Shown: positions 41,625 through 48,329 of the stretch, piece by piece
Position numbering within the stretch: position 1 is the stretch's first letter
How the letters are laid out: each line of letters opens with the position of its first letter
Sequence record: SRR22947727_2406
DNA: 48,329 nucleotides
Reading direction: 5' to 3' (one strand)
The notes under the pieces: generated by a model
Database searches by the model: none
What the model was told of the DNA's origin: nothing
The model's input: the letters and a program-made list of their open reading frames with translations, nothing else
Position numbers and translations under genes: made by a program

Positions 41625-41989
41625 CTTTTTTCTCCTGCGTTTTTTAAAACTTAGTGGTTTCCAAACCATTGTTCAGTCTGTTTCCGACCTTCCAGCGCCG
41701 AATACTTCCCAGCTTGGCAGCTTGCCCAATTTCACACCGTTCCTTTTTTAAACACCAAATGTACCAGCGCCAAGTTTAGCAAGCCATTTTAAAGTTTAAA
41801 AAATTCCGAGTGCGCCTTCAGAGCCGGTTTTTACGGCACATTGAAATCGTAACCACGCTGGAAAATCGTAAACACGCGGATCTGTTCGCGCGCAACGGTC
41901 AGACTAGACAGGCGTCAAGAAATAAGACGCCTATCAACCGTACGCTGCGCGTTTCGCCGCGATCGCTGGTTCAAGCAAAGAAAAGCAGA

Positions 41990-42592
41990 TCACGGTTTGC
42001 TGGCAGGCACGCCCAACATGCGAAGCACAAGATCACGGTACAGCGCAATAATTTCATCCTTTGTTAAGCGGCCTTCGCCGTCAAACCAAGTGCCCACTTC
42101 TTTCAGCATTCCTAAAATGGCGAAACTTGTAATCTTTGGATCTTCAACCGAAAAAATACATGCCCTTTGTCCGGCCGTAATGATAGATTCCAGCTCTAAT
42201 TCATAGCTCTTGCGCAAAGTTTCAATCTTAGCAAAATTTGACTCAGAAAGATTGCGTAACTCCATATAGGCGATAAACACTGCCTCTGATTTATCCAGAT
42301 GATAATTCAAATGGCAGGTCACGAATTGCAACACCAGTTCTTCGGGGGCGGTATCCGTTTTTTGCGAACGCCAAGTCTGCAACAAATCAGTAAGATGCTT
42401 ATGCATCAAATCATACAATAAGGATTGTTTATCCGGTGTGTAATTGTAAAGCGCACCCACCTGCACGCCAACCTCTGCCGCAATCTGACGCATAGATACA
42501 GCCGCATATCCGTAAAGCGCAAACAGCTTTAAAGCGGCCAGTCGGACTTTTGGGCCGGTTTTTAATGCGTGAGATCCAGAGGTTCGAGCCAT
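41990..42592 (-). CDS. TetR/AcrR-family regulator
   Basis: ALKLFALYGYAAVSMRQIAAEVGVQVGALYNY HTH. Confidence 0.92.
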   Translation of the reverse strand: MARTSGSHALKTGPKVRLAALKLFALYGYAAVSMRQIAAEVGVQVGALYNYTPDKQSLLYDLMHKHLTDLLQTWRSQKTDTAPEELVLQFVTCHLNYHLDKSEAVFIAYMELRNLSESNFAKIETLRKSYELELESIITAGQRACIFSVEDPKITSFAILGMLKEVGTWFDGEGRLTKDEIIALYRDLVLRMLGVPASKP

Positions 42593-42606
42593 AACACAGC
42601 AATATA

Positions 42607-42620
42607 TGAACACTTGTTCA
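42607..42620. promoter_or_regulatory. Palindromic operator, probably TetR autoregulatory
   Basis: TGAACA-ct-TGTTCA, 14 bp upstream of the tetR ATG. Confidence 0.55.
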
Positions 42621-42739
42621 AATAAAAGCATCAGATGAGTTTCTGTCAATCTTTTGCGGTATGAAGAACAGAGTGATTGCAGCGCTGCGGTGAAAACGCT
42701 AGAGCAGGAGTCGTTTTTATATAAAAAATCGGATTGTAG

Positions 42740-44026
42740 ATGAGCGCTCCATTACGACTGGGAATTGCCGGATTGGGCACCGTGGGTGTCGGTGTTGTAA
42801 AAATAATTGCAGAAAAAGCTGCCTTGTTGTGCCAGCGTACGGGGCGCGAGATAGTTATAACTGCAGTGTCAGCGCGCAGCGCGCAGAAAGACCGCGGTAT
42901 TGATCTAGCGCCATATGCATGGGAAGCGGATCCGGTTGCTTTGGCCAAGCGCCCGGACGTCGATATATTTGTTGAATTGATGGGCGGCCATGAAGGGCCA
43001 GCCATAGAGGCAACCGAGGCTGCCTTGAACGCGGGCAAAGATGTGGTCACGGCGAATAAAGCGCTGTTGGCGCATCACGGGCAAAAACTGGCCGAAAAAG
43101 CGGAAAACGGCGGTAAAGTGCTGCGTTTTGAGGCCGCTGTTGCGGGTGGTATTCCAGTGGTAAAGGCCTTGACCGAGGGGTTGGCCGGAAATGACATCAC
43201 CCGCATTTTAGGCGTGATGAACGGCTCTTGCAATTACATCCTGACGCGCATGCAAACCGCAGGTTTGTCCTATGCCGATGTTTTTGCCGAGGCTGAAGCG
43301 CTGGGCTATTTAGAAGCGGATCCCGAACTGGATGTGGGCGGGATCGATGCGGGGCATAAATTGGCTTTGCTTTCTTCGATTGCTTATGGCACCGCGGTAA
43401 ATTTTGAAGGCGTAGAGCTGGAAGGCATTGGACAAATTTCGATCGATGATATCGAACAAGCCGCCGATATGGGGTTCCGCATCAAATTGCTAGGGGTATC
43501 TCAATTCACCGATCGCGGTTTAGAACAGCGCATGACCCCCTGTTTGGTACCCGCACAATCGCCGCTGGGGCAATTGGAAGGCGGCACCAATATGGTGGTG
43601 CTGGAAGGAGACAATGTGGGGCAAATTGTGCTGCGGGGCGCGGGCGCTGGTGAAGGCCCCACCGCAAGCGCAGTTCTGTCCGATATTTGCGATCTGGCCC
43701 GCGGCACGCGCATCAGCACGTTTGGGCAACCCGCCAAATCGCTTCGACGCGCGCAAACCACGCAAAGCGTGACGCCTGCCCCCTTTTATCTTCGGCTTCA
43801 ATTGCTCGATAAGCCCGGAGCCTTGGCGCGCGTTGCCGCTATCCTAGCTGAATCAGGGATCTCGATCGATCGAATGCGCCAATATGGCCATTCCGAAGAA
43901 ACCGCCCCTGTTTTGATCGTAACGCATAAAACCTCGCGCCAGGCCTTAAATAAAGCATTGGCCGAATTGCCGAACACGGATGTATTGGCCGCCCAGCCGG
44001 TGACGCTTCGTATTGAAACGGTTTGA
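42740..44026 (+). CDS. hom: Homoserine dehydrogenase
   Basis: GLGTVG, VVTANK, EAAVAGGIP, GYLEADP, GAGEGPTASAV; C-terminal ACT domain (DKPGAL). Confidence 0.96.
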   Translation: MSAPLRLGIAGLGTVGVGVVKIIAEKAALLCQRTGREIVITAVSARSAQKDRGIDLAPYAWEADPVALAKRPDVDIFVELMGGHEGPAIEATEAALNAGKDVVTANKALLAHHGQKLAEKAENGGKVLRFEAAVAGGIPVVKALTEGLAGNDITRILGVMNGSCNYILTRMQTAGLSYADVFAEAEALGYLEADPELDVGGIDAGHKLALLSSIAYGTAVNFEGVELEGIGQISIDDIEQAADMGFRIKLLGVSQFTDRGLEQRMTPCLVPAQSPLGQLEGGTNMVVLEGDNVGQIVLRGAGAGEGPTASAVLSDICDLARGTRISTFGQPAKSLRRAQTTQSVTPAPFYLRLQLLDKPGALARVAAILAESGISIDRMRQYGHSEETAPVLIVTHKTSRQALNKALAELPNTDVLAAQPVTLRIETV

Positions 44027-44068
44027 GCAAACCACCCTTTGCTCTTAGTAAAAGGACTTAAAACAAAA

Positions 44069-45040
44069 ATGACAAAAACAGATTTTAGTGATCGGATGCT
44101 GTCTTTAGGGCTGGCGCGCGTATCAGAAGCCGCGGCCCTGGAATCAGCTGATTTAATTGGCCGAGGTGACGAGAAAGCTGCTGATCAAGCGGCCGTGAAC
44201 GCGATGCGCGACCAATTAAACAAACTGGATATTGCCGGGGTGGTGGTGATTGGAGAAGGCGAGCGCGATGAAGCCCCTATGCTTTATATCGGTGAAGAAG
44301 TCGGCACCGGCAATGGGCCTGGGGTGGATATCGCTTTGGACCCGCTGGAGGGCACTACGCTGACCGCCAAAGATATGCCAAATGCATTGACCGTGATCGC
44401 TATGGGTCCGCGCGGTTCAATGCTGCATGCGCCAGACGTGTATATGGAAAAATTGGCCATTGGGCCGGGTTTTCCCGATGATTTGTTGCATCTTGATATG
44501 AGTCCGGCGGAGCGAATTATGACGCTGGCCTCTGCCAAAAATTGTTCTGCATCTGATTTGACCGCCTGCATCCTTGACCGACCAAGGCACGAAAAAATGA
44601 TTGAACAAGTGCGCAGCACGGGGGCAGCCATTCGCCTGATCACAGATGGGGATGTGGCCGGTGTTATGCATTGCGCAGAACCAAGCATCACGGGTATTGA
44701 TATTTACATGGGCGATGGCGGGGCCCCAGAAGGGGTTTTGGCAGCCTCTGCGTTAAAATGTATGGGCGGGCAAATTTTCGGTAGGCTTTTATTTCGCAAT
44801 GAGGATGAAAAAAAACGCGCTTACAAAGCCGGTATAACCGATTTAAATCGTATCTATGCGCGCGATGACATGGTTACCCAAGATGTGATCTTCGCGGCAA
44901 CCGGCGTGACAGGCGGTTCGCTCTTGCCGGGGATAAAGCGTGAGATTGGATTTCGAACAACCGAAACCTTGCTCATGCGCTCTAAAACCGGCTCTGTACG
45001 CCGAATGAGCTATCGCGTTGCAACGGAGCCGCGCGATTAA
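44069..45040 (+). CDS. glpX: Class II fructose-1,6-bisphosphatase
   Basis: VVIGEGERDEAPML, DPLEGT, DGDV, GGAPEGVL, ATGVT. Confidence 0.96.
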   Translation: MTKTDFSDRMLSLGLARVSEAAALESADLIGRGDEKAADQAAVNAMRDQLNKLDIAGVVVIGEGERDEAPMLYIGEEVGTGNGPGVDIALDPLEGTTLTAKDMPNALTVIAMGPRGSMLHAPDVYMEKLAIGPGFPDDLLHLDMSPAERIMTLASAKNCSASDLTACILDRPRHEKMIEQVRSTGAAIRLITDGDVAGVMHCAEPSITGIDIYMGDGGAPEGVLAASALKCMGGQIFGRLLFRNEDEKKRAYKAGITDLNRIYARDDMVTQDVIFAATGVTGGSLLPGIKREIGFRTTETLLMRSKTGSVRRMSYRVATEPRD

Positions 45041-45050
45041 AGGAGATGGT

Positions 45051-46790
45051 TTGACCTTTCTAAACGTTGAGTCTTCGATCTCCGGTCGCCCCTGGATGGG
45101 GCCATCTGACGCGACGCGCCGTGCCGCTGAAACACTTGTACAAGATCATGACCTGCCTTTTGCCGTCGCTGCAGTATTAGCGCGGCAAAATATTTCTGGC
45201 CAAGAGGCCAAACCTTATCTTAACCCGCAATTGCGTGACCTATTGCCGGACCCCTTACGATTGCGCGATATGGATAAGGCGGCCAGTCGCTTGATTGAGG
45301 CGATGCTCAAAAAACAGCGAATCGCGATTTTTGCGGATTATGATGTTGATGGGGCCACATCGGCAGCGTTGTTGATCACGTGGCTAAAACATTTTGGCCA
45401 AGCCGCAACGCTGTACATCCCGGATAGAATTGAAGAGGGATATGGCCCCAATGAACCAGCAATGCAAAACTTGGGTCAACATCATGATCTGATTATCTGT
45501 GTTGATTGTGGAACGCTGAGCCATGCCCCTGTGCAGGCCGCGCAACCTGCCGAAGTGATCATTTTAGATCATCATTTGGGGGCAGAGAAGCTGCCCCAAT
45601 GCTGCGCGGTTGTAAACCCTAACCGCCAAGATGAAGAGAGCGATCTTGCGCATTTATGCGCTGCCTCTGTGGTATTTTTATGCCTTGTAGAAGCGGGTCG
45701 ACAATTGCGAAAAATGGATCAATCAGGTCCAGATTTGATGCAAATGCTCGATTTGGTGGCTTTAGCGACGGTTGCCGATGTTGCCCCCTTAATCGGGGTG
45801 AACCGCGCATTTGTCCGCCAAGGTCTGCGCATTATGGCGCAGCGCAAACGCCCCGGCATGACGGCCCTTGCAGATTGCGCAAACTTACAAAGCCCGCCCA
45901 GCAGTTATCATCTTGGATTTGTTTTGGGCCCGCGCATCAATGCGGGCGGCCGCGTCGGACAAGCGGATTTGGGCGCAAAATTACTTATTTGCGATGATCC
46001 CTCTCACGCACAAGCCCTGGCTGAGCGCCTGGAAGAGCTGAACCAAGATCGCAGAGACGTGGAGGAAAGCGTGCGCTTAGCAGCGATCGACCAAGCCAGC
46101 GAGCGCGGTTTAGAGGGCCCCCTTGTCTGGGCCGCCGGCGCAGGGTGGCATCCAGGCGTCGTGGGAATTGTTGCCGCGCGGCTAAAAGAAGCCACCAATC
46201 GCCCAGCCATCGTTATTGGATTTGACGGCAATTCGGGCAAGGGCTCGGGCAGATCCGTCAGCGGTGTTGATCTTGGCGCGACAATTCAAAAATTGGTGCA
46301 AGAAGGAATGATTGAAAAGGGCGGCGGACATAAAATGGCGGCTGGTCTGAGCCTAACAGAAGCCCAACTGGCCCCGGCAATGGCGCGTTTGTCTGACTTG
46401 CTTGCAAAACAAGGCAGCGCCGCAGGGGGCGCAAAAGATTTACAACTCGATGCGTTGCTAATGGCCTCTGCAGCTTCCCTTGAGCTTTATGAAGATCTGG
46501 AAAAAGCTGGGCCCTTCGGATCGGGGGCTCCTACGCCGCGCTTTGCCTTTAGCGATATGCGTCTGACTTTTGCAAAGCGCGTTGGGGATCAGCACCTAAA
46601 ATTTCGCGCGCAAGATCCCGAGGGCGCGGCGCTTGAAGGCATTGCATTTAATGCGTTTCAAACGGCGCTTGGCCCTGCTTTGCTTGCGCATGGGGGAAAA
46701 CGATTTCACTTGGCAGGAAAATTAAACCTGAACATCTGGAACGGACGAAAATCCATTCAATTGGTGCTCGATGATGCCGCGCTGGCCTAG
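45051..46790 (+). CDS. recJ: ssDNA-specific exonuclease RecJ
   Basis: DYDVDG, VDCG, LDHH, GPRINAGGR, GSGRS, GGGHKMAAG; TTG start after AGGAG. Confidence 0.96.
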   Translation: MTFLNVESSISGRPWMGPSDATRRAAETLVQDHDLPFAVAAVLARQNISGQEAKPYLNPQLRDLLPDPLRLRDMDKAASRLIEAMLKKQRIAIFADYDVDGATSAALLITWLKHFGQAATLYIPDRIEEGYGPNEPAMQNLGQHHDLIICVDCGTLSHAPVQAAQPAEVIILDHHLGAEKLPQCCAVVNPNRQDEESDLAHLCAASVVFLCLVEAGRQLRKMDQSGPDLMQMLDLVALATVADVAPLIGVNRAFVRQGLRIMAQRKRPGMTALADCANLQSPPSSYHLGFVLGPRINAGGRVGQADLGAKLLICDDPSHAQALAERLEELNQDRRDVEESVRLAAIDQASERGLEGPLVWAAGAGWHPGVVGIVAARLKEATNRPAIVIGFDGNSGKGSGRSVSGVDLGATIQKLVQEGMIEKGGGHKMAAGLSLTEAQLAPAMARLSDLLAKQGSAAGGAKDLQLDALLMASAASLELYEDLEKAGPFGSGAPTPRFAFSDMRLTFAKRVGDQHLKFRAQDPEGAALEGIAFNAFQTALGPALLAHGGKRFHLAGKLNLNIWNGRKSIQLVLDDAALA

Positions 46791-46867
46791 ATTGAAATGC
46801 CAGCAGATGGTTTTAACACTCCCAGTTCAATAAAAAGTGGATTTTTTAAAAATCACTCAAATTTCGC

Positions 46868-46896
46868 TTGCAAGCCCCTTGGTCATTGCCTAAAGA
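46868..46896 (+). promoter_or_regulatory. Sigma70-type promoter of tRNA-Glu
   Basis: TTGCAA-N17-TAAAGA; lacks the -7T, as is common in alphaproteobacteria. Confidence 0.55.
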
Positions 46897-46915
46897 CACG
46901 GCACGAAGCGCTAGT

Positions 46916-46990
46916 GGCCCGTTCGTCTATCGGTTAGGACGCCAGGTTTTCAACCTGGAAAGAGGGGTTCGATTCCCCTACGGGCTGCCA
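46916..46990 (+). tRNA. tRNA-Glu(TTC)
   Basis: Acceptor stem GGCCCGT/ACGGGCT, anticodon arm CCAGG-tt-TTC-aa-CCTGG, GGTTCGATTCC T-arm, encoded CCA. Confidence 0.97.
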
Positions 46991-47043
46991 CGTTTTTAAA
47001 ATCCCTTATTTACATGACAAAAACAGGCTGCGGTTAAAGATAC

Positions 47044-47066
47044 TTCCCGTAGGTTTTTCCCGTAGG
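47044..47066. repeat. Direct repeat TTCCCGTAGG x2 (13-bp period)
   Basis: Copies at 47044-47053 and 47057-47066. Confidence 0.85.
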
Positions 47067-47159
47067 CCGTGACTGGTATTATTTTCCTCAAACATTCCAC
47101 TTCAATTTCAAAGCTACGGGGACATAGGGAATCGTACACTTTTGCAATGTAATTAAACT

Positions 47160-47190
47160 GGCCCTGCTTATTCGGTGGGGTCTTTCTTTT
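47160..47190 (+). terminator. Rho-independent terminator downstream of the tRNA
   Basis: GGCCCTGCT-tattc-GGTGGGGTC stem (G-U pairs favour the + strand) followed by TTTCTTTT. Confidence 0.5.
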
Positions 47191-47206
47191 ATGGCATTAA
47201 CCACAA

Positions 47207-48136
47207 TCAACCGTCTAGAAACTTCGGGTTATTCCATATGTTGACCACTCCAGAACAAGCGTCAGTCCGGCTATCGCCGAAAAACTCAAGTAAATGCTCT
47301 ACGTTATCAAGCCAATTAACTTCTTCGTCTTCCGTTTCAATTTTCTCTTCTAGACCTGCGATGCCTAACTCGTAAAACTCCTGTTCATCAGTTTGAATAA
47401 TTGTCTTACGTATTTTCATTGGAATTTCTGATGGGGTCATCACAGCGCTTAGAAACTCATCTACGCAGCCTTCTTTAACCCGATACTTTACAGCTGACAG
47501 TACCTTAGTTTTGTTTTGCAACCGCAATTCATTTTGGTCATTATGCCAATCAAACAATATTGGTCCTGAACATGCATCTGTCCTACTGCCATTAGAGAAC
47601 TTAACTAACATATGTTCGACAGTATCTAACCAATTCACCCCAGTTTCTTCTTTCGTAATCATATCATCTAACTCAGGTACCATAGTTACATTAAGTATTT
47701 CAGAATCTGAGATTTGAAGTGTGTATTGGGCTACGGCTTCAGGCGATGGACCGTCACAGATTTCTTCTAACATTTTATCCACAAAGCCGTCTCTTATGAC
47801 ATATCTTACTATAGATGCGAAGACTGGCTTGGGGGTATTAGGCGCTACGATGAGCGACGAGGTTTTAACTTTTTCAACATTAGATGTGTCTTTTTTCACC
47901 TTGAGGTCTTTATCAATCTTCTCATCGTTTCCGACTGAATGACCTTCTATTTTGGGGATATTTTTAGAACCAGAGTGTCTTTTCCAGTACAGTAAATTGA
48001 AACCTTGGTCGGCATAAGTATCTACTGTCACTAGCTCCCAGCCTTGAGATCCCATATCGTTAAGGTGGTTAGAATAATTTTGTGGGTTAAACTCCCGAGC
48101 AATCTTTGTGTTCGTATATTCCCATTGAGAGTTCAT
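47207..48136 (-). CDS. Hypothetical protein: DUF4177-like N-terminus plus two tandem ~90-aa alpha/beta-barrel-like repeats
   Basis: WEY...LNDMGSQGWELVTV; repeats VRY.IRDGFVD...VNWLDTVEHML...SRTDACSG and VKYRVKEGCVD...VNWLDNVEHLL...SRTDACSG. Confidence 0.8.
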   Translation of the reverse strand: MNSQWEYTNTKIAREFNPQNYSNHLNDMGSQGWELVTVDTYADQGFNLLYWKRHSGSKNIPKIEGHSVGNDEKIDKDLKVKKDTSNVEKVKTSSLIVAPNTPKPVFASIVRYVIRDGFVDKMLEEICDGPSPEAVAQYTLQISDSEILNVTMVPELDDMITKEETGVNWLDTVEHMLVKFSNGSRTDACSGPILFDWHNDQNELRLQNKTKVLSAVKYRVKEGCVDEFLSAVMTPSEIPMKIRKTIIQTDEQEFYELGIAGLEEKIETEDEEVNWLDNVEHLLEFFGDSRTDACSGVVNIWNNPKFLDG

Positions 48137-48329
48137 AGTTCAATTAAACGCCTTTGTTTTTGACCACATATTAAAACTACGGGACATTAACCAAAGGTCA
48201 AACTTATTTCTTATTTTTATATTTTTGGGGGTTAGGTTTGAAGTGGCAGCAGATGACACAGGTGGTCATTAAGAGTAAATACTATGCAAGACATTCATAA
48301 TGTAGCAGACTTAGTGGCTGGTTAAACAA

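Larger units (their letters stand above)
46991..48329. mobile_element. Left edge of a probable tRNA-Glu-integrated genomic island
   Basis: Abrupt AT enrichment after the tRNA; tandem TTCCCGTAGG repeats; foreign-looking gene; no integrase visible in the window. Confidence 0.55.

Noticed and set aside
41680-41760. Cobalamin riboswitch-like stretch on the minus strand (AAGGAACGGTG...GCTGCC)
   Set aside because: Lacks the CCCGCAACTGT core and the B12 box; downstream gene is unrelated
41810-42067. 85-aa plus-strand ORF
   Set aside because: No RBS or motifs; overlaps the tetR 3' end and the structured intergenic element
47044-47125. CRISPR array or integron attC interpretation of the repeats
   Set aside because: Units are only about 10 bp, with no spacer periodicity and no clear RYYYAAC...GTTRRRY hairpin

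Overview
A 48.3-kb chromosomal window of about 50% GC, with gene content and order typical of a marine Rhodobacteraceae (roseobacter-like) alphaproteobacterium; the taxonomy is inferred, not searched. Most of it is housekeeping: tmk-holB-tatD, accBC-aat, mlaD/NDUFA12, clpPX, ribE/ribD/nrdR, rpoD/dnaG, gdhA, hom-glpX-recJ and tRNA-Glu. Four regions stand out. (1) An acetate/short-chain-acid block: an ScfR regulator with TTTACAAA repeats faces a HAAT-family ABC transporter and acs. Downstream of ScfR, a perfect CtrA box precedes a run of stand-alone receiver, 2-TM protein, SLC5/STAC histidine kinase and FliM/FliN-like gene, a candidate link from solute sensing to motility. (2) A three-gene capsule locus in which every gene carries one disrupting lesion (two 1-bp homopolymer frameshifts, one in-frame TAA), plus a nonsense codon in nearby yjbQ, while the other genes appear intact. 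(3) An inverted-domain (NewPHL-type) photolyase with an RpoH-like promoter. (4) The start of an AT-rich island after tRNA-Glu, with arm-like repeats and an unusual DUF4177-like plus tandem alpha/beta-barrel protein. All family calls come from motif recognition; no database searches were run.
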